Positions 46,524 to 55,862 of a stretch of DNA of 64,000 nt are shown here, piece after piece (within the stretch, counting starts at the first letter, position 1; every line of letters starts with the position of its first letter). The notes under the pieces are model-generated. The model searched no databases, was not told the DNA's origin, and was given only the letters and a program-made list of their open reading frames with translations. The DNA comes from a virus, in the IMG/VR virus record IMGVR_UViG_3300025423_000009, positions 53,948-117,947 of that record. The stretch is one strand, 5' to 3'. Made by a program: the position numbers and the translations under genes.

Positions 46524-47381
46524 CTATTTCATGTCCGCCGTGACGTCTATGGAATCTGCCGTCACACTGGTATTGCTCGCATCCGCATTGGTGACACCTG
46601 GCGGAACGAATCCCTCATTGAATCCAAAGGTATCAATTGATGTTATGATGACGTAGCTGTTTGGAGTATCTTGCATCGATGATACTCCGGTATGAACATA
46701 TTCTCCAGCCGTGACGGAAGTGTCAAGCTTAGGAATCAGACCGACCTCGACGAAGCGAATCATACCCTTAGATGACTGAGGACCACCAAAGCGTACGCGA
46801 ATCGTGAAGTCGAGTGAGTACACGATCACACGGCGACGATCGATCGCTCCATCATAGTCATCCGTCATATTCACGGAATTCAGAATGATCGGAACATCCG
46901 TGATCGATCCAGGATACTCCATATCCTTGACGCGAACCGTATACTCTGGTTGAAACTCCGGAAGGATCTGCTCAACGATCTGTAACACGTCGTCCTGATT
47001 ACGTCCATACACATTGAGCTGCATTCCCAGAAGATATGGAACTGACTGCCAGGTTGAGCTGTAGTTATTGGTATCTCCTGCAATCGGTTGTAGACTGCGA
47101 TTCAGACGATTGAGCTTGATCTCGGGATCGTACTGAATCGACGTGATCTCGAAAGACATGCGTGGAACCTTGACGGCCACCTTGTCGGTCGCCAGATCCG
47201 GTTGCTGAGTGATGCGATCCAGGAACTTCTGCTTAGGACCATATGAGATTGGACAACGCTCGACGTTCGATACCACTCCATTCTCGGCAACACGTCCGAC
47301 CGTGATCGAGTTGAAGAGCGAACCAAAGATAGTCACGATCTTCTTGATCGTTGCGTTGTAATGGTAGGTCTGAGTAAGCAT
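46524..47381 (-). CDS. 15: Tail sheath stabiliser gp15
   Basis: YNATIKKIV..FG.LFN, PI.YGPKQKFL, PRMSFE, DDLQI.EQILP.FQP. Confidence 0.95.
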   Translation of the reverse strand: MLTQTYHYNATIKKIVTIFGSLFNSITVGRVAENGVVSNVERCPISYGPKQKFLDRITQQPDLATDKVAVKVPRMSFEITSIQYDPEIKLNRLNRSLQPIAGDTNNYSSTWQSVPYLLGMQLNVYGRNQDDVLQIVEQILPEFQPEYTVRVKDMEYPGSITDVPIILNSVNMTDDYDGAIDRRRVIVYSLDFTIRVRFGGPQSSKGMIRFVEVGLIPKLDTSVTAGEYVHTGVSSMQDTPNSYVIITSIDTFGFNEGFVPPGVTNADASNTSVTADSIDVTADMK

Positions 47382-47383
47382 GA

Positions 47384-48322
47384 TCAGGAGTCGTTCGATT
47401 CCCCAAAGGGATTTACTTCCGTGAAGTCAATGATGGAGTTGGCACGTGTCTCGAGTGCGTTGTTCTGAATCGAGATGTCTCCATCATTCAGAGCCTCATC
47501 TCCATCCGTCAAAGTCACGACGTGTGTGATCGTCGCCACGGCACCGGTGATCATACCGGTAGCGATCACTCCGGATGCCAGGGGATGAATGGTTGAATCC
47601 ATGAATCGCAGCGCCGAGAAAGTGATCGTCGTCGTCGAATTGGAGTTCAATGGATCAGACAATTGAATGTTCGTTACCTTGGCCGTGCCAATAGCACCGG
47701 AGGCGTAGGCTAGAGTGATCGGCTCTTCGATGTTGAACTTGACCGTCTGATTCGAATACGTTACAACGGCACGGTATGAGGAGTCCAGGGACTTCTCGGC
47801 CTGCAGGGCATCTACTTGATCGATTCCGGTGTTCATGTCTTCTCCGCGGTATTCGAAGAGTTCCAGAGTCATTCGATATACCGGCAGATTGTTGAGCTGA
47901 TGAAAGGGAGTTTCCAGATCCACATACTTAATCTCGAAGAGACCCTTGATCCCTGGAATGTAGATCAGATCGCCTTCGGACGGGCGATAGTTGTTGTAGC
48001 CCGAATTCCAAGTTCCGACCGTACTATTCCAGCGTCGACGCGAAACGATGACCTTGAGCTGATTGCGAAGCTCGAGGCCAAACTTAGACATGAGCACTCC
48101 GTCGCCTTCATATCCCTCAACCGTCTCAATGTACATCTCGATCTCATAGGCGGAATTGAACTGAGTCTCCGTATCTTCATTCAGAACCTTATCCTGAGAC
48201 ACAATCGTGCGAGGCAGATAGAACATATCAAATCCATACACCTTTATGGATTCGATGATCAGATCTTCATACAGATTCTTTTCACTCTGTACATTTTGAC
48301 CGAAGTAGACGCTACGTGCCAT
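47384..48322 (-). CDS. 14: Neck protein gp14
   Basis: EDLIIESIK.YG.D..YLPR, EGDG.LMSKFG, P.EGDLIY, FEY.GE...TG. Confidence 0.95.
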   Translation of the reverse strand: MARSVYFGQNVQSEKNLYEDLIIESIKVYGFDMFYLPRTIVSQDKVLNEDTETQFNSAYEIEMYIETVEGYEGDGVLMSKFGLELRNQLKVIVSRRRWNSTVGTWNSGYNNYRPSEGDLIYIPGIKGLFEIKYVDLETPFHQLNNLPVYRMTLELFEYRGEDMNTGIDQVDALQAEKSLDSSYRAVVTYSNQTVKFNIEEPITLAYASGAIGTAKVTNIQLSDPLNSNSTTTITFSALRFMDSTIHPLASGVIATGMITGAVATITHVVTLTDGDEALNDGDISIQNNALETRANSIIDFTEVNPFGESNDS

Positions 48323-48384
48323 GATTCTATTTATGGAGAGATCTCAATGACGTATATCATGTAGATTACCCTACATAGACGTCT

Positions 48385-49134
48385 TCAGCCTACGTACATG
48401 TCGACGGGGGCTTCCCACACACTGCGTACCTCAGCCTCGAGCTCCTTGATCTCTTCCTTGGCCTGAGACATGATTTCCGCGCCGTCGATCTGAACTCCAC
48501 CCGGAAGAGTCATGTTCTTGAACTTCGAAAGGTTCTGTGCCCATTGAAGCTTGATCAATGCCGTGGCATACCTCTTCAGGTACTGATCATTGTACACGGT
48601 CGGATAATCATCTGGATTCAAAGTCTGATAGCACTCGACGACGATCCAGGTTCCTACCGGAATTCGTTGATCCCAGTCGGTCTCGATATGAAGCTTCTGC
48701 TCATGACGCGAGAAGATGATTCCTTGATCCATGCCATTGAGTACCATGTCGATCAGCGACATATACTGACGCGTCATCTCATAGTTGATCAGATTGCCCG
48801 GTCGACGAAGATCATATAGATCATTCAGATGAAGCTGATAGTCAACCGAGAAGATGCCCTGAGTCGAGTTGGCCACGCCTATGGGAAGAACGCGAAGCAC
48901 ATAGATCAGCTGTTCAGGAAGTGGAATGTACTGATTGTTGAAATCAGTTTGTGTGACCTGATACTTGTAGAAGTTACGAACGACTCCATCCGTATGATAG
49001 TTTTGATACAGCTGTATGGCTTCGTCGATGCGATCGTCGATCTGATCATCATCGACGTTGATCTCGAGTACCGGTGCGCCGAGGCGACGTAGGCAGTAGT
49101 CAATCAGTCCCTGACGTGAGGATGGTTTGGCCAT
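48385..49134 (-). CDS. 13: Neck protein gp13
   Basis: YCLRRLGAPVLEINV.DDQ, YATALIK.QW..NL.KF....LPGGV. Confidence 0.96.
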   Translation of the reverse strand: MAKPSSRQGLIDYCLRRLGAPVLEINVDDDQIDDRIDEAIQLYQNYHTDGVVRNFYKYQVTQTDFNNQYIPLPEQLIYVLRVLPIGVANSTQGIFSVDYQLHLNDLYDLRRPGNLINYEMTRQYMSLIDMVLNGMDQGIIFSRHEQKLHIETDWDQRIPVGTWIVVECYQTLNPDDYPTVYNDQYLKRYATALIKLQWAQNLSKFKNMTLPGGVQIDGAEIMSQAKEEIKELEAEVRSVWEAPVDMYVG

Positions 49135-49143
49135 AAGCTTTAT

Positions 49144-49620
49144 TTATTCGCCATTCAATGTCAAGCGCGGAGAGAGCCGCAGATCGCGCGGAGACGCGTA
49201 GTCTTCATAGGGCAGACGAGCCAGAGGTTGCTTACGATGGCCGACGTTTAGCCGAATTCCTTTCAAAACGAACATCGAGCAGAAGCAGCGATTACCTTTC
49301 AGAGGAGGCCAATTTAAGGCATATCGAAATAGATCACGAATCGAGTAGGCTTCTGGATGTGCAATCTGCTCGTCGAGCCAGGATTCCAGACGCTTGGACT
49401 CCTGAGCCGTGAGGCCATCAATCGTGTAGATCTCAACCTGCTCGAGCTCTCCTGGCTTGAAGTCACGTTCACGCACATGTGGATAGAAGTTCTCGACGAT
49501 GCGCCCATTCGAACGTACGAAGGCCGCGTGCGTACCGGTTCCATGTGTAAGGAATCGAATGGCACGACCCATGATGTCATGATTGCTGATCCAGATCGCG
49601 ACTCTGACTTGATTCTTCAT
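49144..49620 (-). CDS. Permuted papain-like NlpC/P60 (YiiX/YebB-like) enzyme
   Basis: IRFLT....THA, Y, late FCS, SP.DL; His-before-Cys order. Confidence 0.7.
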   Translation of the reverse strand: MKNQVRVAIWISNHDIMGRAIRFLTHGTGTHAAFVRSNGRIVENFYPHVRERDFKPGELEQVEIYTIDGLTAQESKRLESWLDEQIAHPEAYSIRDLFRYALNWPPLKGNRCFCSMFVLKGIRLNVGHRKQPLARLPYEDYASPRDLRLSPRLTLNGE

Positions 49621-49636
49621 GGAATCTATTTATATG

Positions 49637-49672
49637 GAAAAGAAAAGGGGCTTCTCCTTTCGAAGAAGCCCC
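49637..49672 (-). terminator. Rho-independent terminator
   Basis: GGGGCTTCT...AGAAGCCCC-TTTTCTTTT; a late promoter TATAAATA follows at 49627-49634. Confidence 0.85.
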
Positions 49673-49694
49673 TGATGATCGATGTGATTAAGGA

Positions 49695-50384
49695 TTAAAA
49701 TCCGTGAGACCAGCCAAAGAATACGTGATAGCGCTTACCCGAGTAGTCGCCGGCATTGTTCCATTGACCATAGCAGATACCTGTATTCAGCTTTCCACCC
49801 CAGAAGTTGCCGTACTGAATGTAACCACCAACGTCTTCGATCGTCGAGACCGTGGTCGATGAGCCGGAGCAGGGAGTACCGATGCCACCCAGAGCGAACG
49901 GAACCACCGTGATTTGATTGAGCGTAGGCTTCAGACCGGCCAACGGTCCAAGAAGGAATGAATCCACCTTGGAGCCGACGTTGATCGGATATCGAATGGT
50001 AACGTTACCAGACACGAGTGAGAACTGACCAAGGTAGTCGACGCCTAGGCCACCAGCACAGTACTGATTGAAGTTATACACGGCCAACACACCACCGCCA
50101 GTAGTATGTCCGGCTTTGAGATGAGGTGCGTAAGTCAGATAGGGTTCAATGGCATAGTTTGTAGCCGTAAGAAGACCACCGGACTGAGCCTGTGCGTACA
50201 ACTTGTTGGCCGCATCGCCAAGATTGAGTGTGCCAAGTAGATTCGAGACCGTCGTCGACTGCGCTTGAGCCGAGACGGACGCGATGATTGCTAGAGTGAT
50301 CGTGAGGAATAATGCTTTGATGTTTTTCATGTTGGTGTTGTTAATGTTGAGGTAACGGTTTAATTTATCATCGTGACGAGCCAA
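49695..50384 (-). CDS. Putative outer-membrane beta-barrel protein
   Basis: Signal peptide (SAQA/Q), Gly/aromatic alternating strands, C-terminal YHVFFGWSHGF. Confidence 0.55.
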   Translation of the reverse strand: MARHDDKLNRYLNINNTNMKNIKALFLTITLAIIASVSAQAQSTTVSNLLGTLNLGDAANKLYAQAQSGGLLTATNYAIEPYLTYAPHLKAGHTTGGGVLAVYNFNQYCAGGLGVDYLGQFSLVSGNVTIRYPINVGSKVDSFLLGPLAGLKPTLNQITVVPFALGGIGTPCSGSSTTVSTIEDVGGYIQYGNFWGGKLNTGICYGQWNNAGDYSGKRYHVFFGWSHGF

Positions 50385-50390
50385 AGTAAA

Positions 50391-50645
50391 TCACTTATTT
50401 TCGACGACTGGTGTTTTAGGTTTTGAATCACCGATGATTGCGGACTTGAAGATGCCCCAGAGGGCGCCCTCATGTTTATACCAAGTCCAGGCGGCCAGAA
50501 CGTTGTTCCAGTTGGCATGAGTTACCCAGCCGGCAATCACCACAAGCAAAGCATGGATTGCCGTGAGGCCGTGCCAAGTGGATTGAGAGACGAGGCCTGA
50601 GGCCTGAAGCTGTTGAACTATCTGAATGAGGTTCGTGTCGTTCAT
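50391..50645 (-). CDS. Small membrane protein (holin-like)
   Basis: Hydrophobic segment and a charged C-terminus. Confidence 0.45.
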   Translation of the reverse strand: MNDTNLIQIVQQLQASGLVSQSTWHGLTAIHALLVVIAGWVTHANWNNVLAAWTWYKHEGALWGIFKSAIIGDSKPKTPVVENK

Positions 50646-50648
50646 AGA

Positions 50649-50942
50649 TTATTTAAGACGAATGTTGACCACAAAGCCGTCGCGAATTTTAGCCACGCTT
50701 AAATCCGCAAGGTTTGTGGATGTGATTGGCACATTGGCCGAAATACCGGACGCCTGAATCATTTGAATGATTCCATCCAATTGAGCCGCAGTGAGTTTCA
50801 ACGGAGCGATTCGAACCGTCGTGATCGTATTGGTCACGAACACCAGACCAGTCGAGGGAGTGGAGTTGGTGTTGTTATCCTGGGATAGAGCAGAGCTCAG
50901 AGTGACCAGGCCGATAGCAGCGATGAGGATTAGTTTCTTCAT
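50649..50942 (-). CDS. Secreted hypothetical protein
   Basis: Signal peptide MKKLILIAAIGLVTLSSALS/Q. Confidence 0.65.
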   Translation of the reverse strand: MKKLILIAAIGLVTLSSALSQDNNTNSTPSTGLVFVTNTITTVRIAPLKLTAAQLDGIIQMIQASGISANVPITSTNLADLSVAKIRDGFVVNIRLK

Positions 50943-50980
50943 GGTGGTTTATTTATTATGAGTTGGAGTTAGAAGCAAAG

Positions 50981-51655
50981 TTAATAAGACCACAAAACGG
51001 TGTTGGTCATATATCCAACTAAGGCAGTGCAGTTGAATGTTGCATTTGGCGAAAGTGGAACAGAAAATGGTATATTCACAGCAGCACTTGCCGCCACAGC
51101 TATTGGAAGTCGATATCCAATCCCACCGTTAGTGTAATTGATAATCAATGATGCGCTAGCTCCAGTTTGCACAAATGAACCAATCAACAATGCTTTTTTG
51201 CCAGTAAGATTGGTATAAAGAGTTCCTGCGACATAGGCATTAGTAGGATTGCTCGTGGTTGCAAAATTAGTGCTTACACCCGTGATATTTGTAAGTCCAA
51301 CACCATTGCCATAATACGTCGTATTTGTAATTAGATTGAAATGTGCAGTGCCGTTTACATCCAACATGTAAGCTGGAGTAATGGTACCAATGCCAATCTT
51401 GCCAGTCTTATCCAATGTCAATGAACCTGTAAGACCGCCAGAGAAATCTTTGGCAGAACTATATCCCGCTTGATCGATTGAAGGCATTTGAGAGAAGCGA
51501 AAGTTACCATTGTCATCTGTGCCTAGGTAGTATCCATAATCAGAGGTGTTTGCTTGGTCCCAAGCAGCGAGTACCAATGACGCAGCATTTCCAACTCCTG
51601 CTGTTGCATCAATGAACACATTTGCTGCCGAGGTTGTGGCCGGTGCCATCCACAT
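50981..51655 (-). CDS. Tail-fibre-like distal fragment
   Basis: GKIGIGTITPAYMLDVNG motif and beta-sandwich C-terminus; begins abruptly; AT-rich. Confidence 0.6.
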   Translation of the reverse strand: MWMAPATTSAANVFIDATAGVGNAASLVLAAWDQANTSDYGYYLGTDDNGNFRFSQMPSIDQAGYSSAKDFSGGLTGSLTLDKTGKIGIGTITPAYMLDVNGTAHFNLITNTTYYGNGVGLTNITGVSTNFATTSNPTNAYVAGTLYTNLTGKKALLIGSFVQTGASASLIINYTNGGIGYRLPIAVAASAAVNIPFSVPLSPNATFNCTALVGYMTNTVLWSY

Positions 51656-51754
51656 AATACCAGGTAGGCGTAACCGTTTAAACGGTGGAACACAAGGTAA
51701 CTAGCAGTTTTAGGAAGAAACATCGCATCATCAACCATCGAAAGTCAAATGCGG

Positions 51755-54733
51755 CTAATTGGTATTCACATTCGGCGGACGCGGACGAATTGTGCCAAAA
51801 CCGTTGGGGCGATTGGTGCACGGGGTGAAAGCGCGGGAAATAATGTTGGTGGCGATGACTTCGCCGTTTAGGTCGTAAAACGCATCTTCGCTGGCAACGT
51901 AAATCTCTAGCCGGTGCGTGGCGGCATTAAAAAATACTGCCGCGCCAGTCTGCTTGTTGGTCGGCACTTCAAACAAAACCTCACCTTTAATGGCGGCGCG
52001 GGTTTGCGCGTCAAGCAGCATATATGGCGGGTCAATGCCGCCGTTGGCGGTAAGTTTGCCGCCGACAGTAACATTGCCGGAGGTATCCAGAACAAAATTC
52101 CAATCACCGCCAAAGAAAAAACCGGCGTGAGAGTCATCTTTCATTCCAAAAAACGCAGCGGGTGCAAGGGTGGAATCCGACAGAAAAATTCCTGCCGATT
52201 GCGAAGTATTGGCGTCGTAATAACTTTCCGCGCGGCCGATGATTTGAAAATTTGCGCCGCTTGATCCGTCATAACTAAAATCAGCGCGGATGGCCCCACT
52301 GATGTCGTAAAACGCGGCGTTAGTGAGGTTCACGAAACCGCTATCGTTGCCGATGTTGGTGAGGCTGAATGTCGCGGCATTCACATAATTGGTTGTCGCC
52401 AATCCATTCGTAATGCTCGATGTTACAAAACCATTTGTAGCGGCTTTTACATAGTTCGTAGTGGCTAAACCGTTTGTAATGCTCGATGTTACAAAACCAT
52501 TTGTAGCGGCTTTTACATAGTTCGTAGTGGCTAAACCGTTTGTAATCGAGTTGACGTAATTCGTGGTAGCTAAACCATTTGTCAATCCTTGAGTCGCCGA
52601 GTTGACATAATTAGTCGTAGCCAGACCATTCGTGACGGATGCCGTGACAAAGCCATTGGTCAGGCCAGGCAGAGCATTCGTATAGAGGATCGTAGAAGGA
52701 TTCGTGTAGACCAACGTAGTGAATCCGTTGGTTGCAGTAATGTTTGTCAATCCCGAACCGTCGCCAATATATGTGCCGGTAAACGTGCCAGAGTAGTTGG
52801 CATTGAGCGTGACCGGTGTATTGAAAGTCAGCGATGTCGGATAGTTTGTTCCGCCAAACACATTCAGCACATAGGTTCCGCTTGAAGTGACGGCATCGCA
52901 AAACACACGACGAACCACATAGAATCCCGCCACGTTGGTCGAGGTGTATTGCTGACCGCCTGAAATCCACGAATAGGCGTTGGTGGTTCCCGGCGTGATG
53001 GTTTGTGCTGCGCCGTAACCAATCTGCAACAGATTGGTCTTATCATAGGTGATGTAGATGTCAGGGTCAATCTGAATGCTTGGATTTGGCCCATTGCCTG
53101 TGAAGTTCAGATAAAATGTTGAAACGAATGGACCAGACACGGACTGATAGGTATTGGTCGTTATGATGGTCGCAAAGATTTGACCAGCCGTAAGATTGGT
53201 AAATGACTTGATGTAGTTGGTCGGAGCCGTTGAGCCGAACAAAAGAGCAACCGTGTTGGTGGTCGTTCCCACGCGATTCGTGATTCCGACGTTGGTGGTG
53301 TTCAAAGAGCCGTAAAGGATTTGACCGGATTTGAGAATCGAGGCGACGTAGTTTGCCGTGACTAGTTGATTGGCCGATGGACTGGCCGTATTGGTCGAGA
53401 TGTCAAACGCACTATTGGTGATGTAGAGTGGACCTTGAACGTAGCCTTGCACTTGCAGTGTGTTCGTGACGTAGATGGAGGGGAAGTTGGTATTGTTTGC
53501 GATGGATGTGTTGACGAAATTCGTGGAAGCTAATCCATTCGTGACGGATGCCGTGACAAAGCCATTGGTCAGAGTCGGCAACGAGTTCGTATAGAGGACG
53601 GCCGATGGATTCGTGTAGACCAAAGTGGTAAATCCATTAGTCGAATTCTTCGAGTAGAAAGCAGCGGCTCCATTCGTGTCAGAATATGATTGAACGTAAT
53701 TAGTCGTAGCCAGACCATTTGTGATTGCGGATGTTACTAGTCCATTGGTCACAGAATTGACATAGTTGGTCGTAGCCAGACCATTTGTTACGGATGCCGT
53801 GACAAAGCCATTGGTCAGAGTCGGCAACGAGTTCGTGTAGAGGAATACGACCGGATTAGAATACACTACGGTCGTAAAGTTATTCGTTGCCGCCACTACG
53901 AGGTTAGTCGTGGTCGTGAGGTTAGCTGAGTTGGTAGCCGAGATCTGCGTCAGTACGAAGTTAGTAGTGGCTAATCCGTTAGTGATGGAACTCGTCACGA
54001 AGCCATTAGTTAATCCGGGCAACGAGTTCGTGTAGAGGAATACGACCGGATTAGAGTACACGACGGTCGTAAAGTTATTCGTTGCCGCGACCACCAAGTT
54101 AGTCGTAGTAGTTAGATTAGCGCTATTGGTAGCCGAGATCTGCGTCAGTACGAAGTTCGTCGTAGCCAAGCCATTGGTGATCGAAGATGTGACCAATCCA
54201 TTCGTAGCATTGTTGACGTAGTTCGTAGTGGCTAAACCATTGGTGATCGAAGATGTGACCAATCCATTCGTAGCATTATTGACGTAGTTCGTAGTGGCTA
54301 ATCCATTCGTGATCGAAGACGTAACGAAGCCATTAGTAGCGGCATTTACATAGTTCGTAGTAGCCAAGCCGTTCGTAATGCTTGAGGTAACGAAGCCATT
54401 CGTAGCATTATTGACGTAGTTCGTAGTGGCTAAGCCGTTAGTCACGGAAGCCGTTACATAGTTCGAAGGATTCGAATTTGGATAGAAAGCCGTCGCGTTC
54501 GAGTAAGCGGCCGTACCAAGGCCAAGAAGATTCGCCGCCGAGATGTTTGTTAGTCCTGCGCCGTTTCCATAGAACGTACCATTCGTGTACACGGACGAGT
54601 AGTTCGTCGTATTGTAGATTGCCGAGTTGGTGATGGTCACTCCATCGAAGTATGTCTGTATGCCGAGTGCCGTAAAGCACATCAGAAATGAGAGAAAAAC
54701 CGCCGCGATGATTGAATGCTTTTTCATGATCAT
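51755..54733 (-). CDS. Long Thr/Asn-rich repeat fibre/adhesin with a signal peptide
   Basis: Signal peptide; many (TNG)LATTNYVN repeats of about 22 aa, a duplicated ~53-aa block, and a distinct C-terminal head. Confidence 0.75.
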   Translation of the reverse strand: MIMKKHSIIAAVFLSFLMCFTALGIQTYFDGVTITNSAIYNTTNYSSVYTNGTFYGNGAGLTNISAANLLGLGTAAYSNATAFYPNSNPSNYVTASVTNGLATTNYVNNATNGFVTSSITNGLATTNYVNAATNGFVTSSITNGLATTNYVNNATNGLVTSSITNGLATTNYVNNATNGLVTSSITNGLATTNFVLTQISATNSANLTTTTNLVVAATNNFTTVVYSNPVVFLYTNSLPGLTNGFVTSSITNGLATTNFVLTQISATNSANLTTTTNLVVAATNNFTTVVYSNPVVFLYTNSLPTLTNGFVTASVTNGLATTNYVNSVTNGLVTSAITNGLATTNYVQSYSDTNGAAAFYSKNSTNGFTTLVYTNPSAVLYTNSLPTLTNGFVTASVTNGLASTNFVNTSIANNTNFPSIYVTNTLQVQGYVQGPLYITNSAFDISTNTASPSANQLVTANYVASILKSGQILYGSLNTTNVGITNRVGTTTNTVALLFGSTAPTNYIKSFTNLTAGQIFATIITTNTYQSVSGPFVSTFYLNFTGNGPNPSIQIDPDIYITYDKTNLLQIGYGAAQTITPGTTNAYSWISGGQQYTSTNVAGFYVVRRVFCDAVTSSGTYVLNVFGGTNYPTSLTFNTPVTLNANYSGTFTGTYIGDGSGLTNITATNGFTTLVYTNPSTILYTNALPGLTNGFVTASVTNGLATTNYVNSATQGLTNGLATTNYVNSITNGLATTNYVKAATNGFVTSSITNGLATTNYVKAATNGFVTSSITNGLATTNYVNAATFSLTNIGNDSGFVNLTNAAFYDISGAIRADFSYDGSSGANFQIIGRAESYYDANTSQSAGIFLSDSTLAPAAFFGMKDDSHAGFFFGGDWNFVLDTSGNVTVGGKLTANGGIDPPYMLLDAQTRAAIKGEVLFEVPTNKQTGAAVFFNAATHRLEIYVASEDAFYDLNGEVIATNIISRAFTPCTNRPNGFGTIRPRPPNVNTN

Positions 54734-54737
54734 GAAC

Positions 54738-54745
54738 TATTTATA
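54738..54745 (-). promoter_or_regulatory. T4-type late promoter
   Basis: TATAAATA 4 nt before the ATG. Confidence 0.7.
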
Positions 54746-54751
54746 GCGAAC

Positions 54752-55342
54752 TTACATGACGTTCCAGAACGAACCATCACAAGTCAGAATGTAACCTTCA
54801 CCCGGTCGAATCAGATAGCTTGAAATTGGAGACGTGTAGTATAGAAAATCAGATCCTGAAGGAGTCAGAGTGGCGTTTCCAGATCCACGATTCTTGACGA
54901 AATACATGGCTCCAAGTGAAGATGCCACGGATGGAAGAGTCCACGTGACGTTTCCTCCGGTATTGACGTAGAAAGCCTTTCCGCTCAGAGTGACGGATCC
55001 GGAGGTAATCGACGGAGAAGCGTTGAGCGAGCCGTTGACGTTCAGAGTGCCATTTACGGACTCTGGACCATTGATCGTGATTCCGGCAAAGGTCGGAGAC
55101 GAAGACGACGAGATGGACTGAGGATAGTTGATCGTGACGACGCCGGTGTTCGTGATGGTCGCTCCACCACTCAGAATCCGATTCTCCCACTTCGACGCGG
55201 CCGAGTTGTATACGAGGAGTGAAGCGTCCTGAAGAGGATTCGCCAGAAGCACGTCCGAGAGACTCGCGATGGATACTCCACCGATCTGAACCGTGGAAAC
55301 TCGAACCGTGCTGTTGTTCTTGACTCGTGCGGAGATACTCAT
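54752..55342 (-). CDS. Virion structural/fibre-associated protein
   Basis: LSDV...P...SLLVYN....KWEN motif; C-terminal TLP......G..YFVKN. Confidence 0.7.
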   Translation of the reverse strand: MSISARVKNNSTVRVSTVQIGGVSIASLSDVLLANPLQDASLLVYNSAASKWENRILSGGATITNTGVVTINYPQSISSSSSPTFAGITINGPESVNGTLNVNGSLNASPSITSGSVTLSGKAFYVNTGGNVTWTLPSVASSLGAMYFVKNRGSGNATLTPSGSDFLYYTSPISSYLIRPGEGYILTCDGSFWNVM

Positions 55343-55364
55343 CTTTCTTATCTATGGAAAAGGA

Positions 55365-55703
55365 TTACGAGAGAAGCGTGACGGCCGGAGTCAATTCGAC
55401 TTGTCCCTCGAGCACTCGAGACTGAGAAGTTGAACTTGTAACCGTGATGACGTCGAAGACATACCGACCAGGCTTGATAGTCAAAGAAGTAGAGGCTGGC
55501 ATCGAGATCGTGATGACACCAGAAGACGAATTGACGACACCGGTCATAAACGAGTACGATGTGGTTGAGACGTAGCTCTTTCGCATCTGAGAATACACGG
55601 CCTGATTGCCGATATTCAGAGGCAGGCCGTTAGCATCCGTCAAACTGATGGTTGCCGTGAAGTCCGAACCCTGATCGATCGTGAGTGTCGTATAGATGGC
55701 CAT
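55365..55703 (-). CDS. Conserved T4-like virion structural protein (BppU-N-like)
   Basis: LTIDQGSDF, QMRKSY, PGRYVFDV, RVLEG...TP. Confidence 0.75.
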   Translation of the reverse strand: MAIYTTLTIDQGSDFTATISLTDANGLPLNIGNQAVYSQMRKSYVSTTSYSFMTGVVNSSSGVITISMPASTSLTIKPGRYVFDVITVTSSTSQSRVLEGQVELTPAVTLLS

Positions 55704-55709
55704 AAACGA

Positions 55710-55856
55710 TTAGTAGTAATAGCCAACTATTTTAACTATGCAGCCTTGCATAGGCCCGGCACCAGTCGTAGAAGTGAGGCTCATCCAGAAAGAGCTGCTC
55801 GTTGAATCGATCGGTATAGTCGCCTGAACGGTCGTTAAGTTAGCTACGATTGCCAT
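55710..55856 (-). CDS. Small ORF resembling an orphan fibre C-terminus (48 aa)
   Basis: MAIVANLTTVQATIPID...CIVKIVGYYY. Confidence 0.45.
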   Translation of the reverse strand: MAIVANLTTVQATIPIDSTSSSFWMSLTSTTGAGPMQGCIVKIVGYYY

Positions 55857-55862
55857 AAGAGG

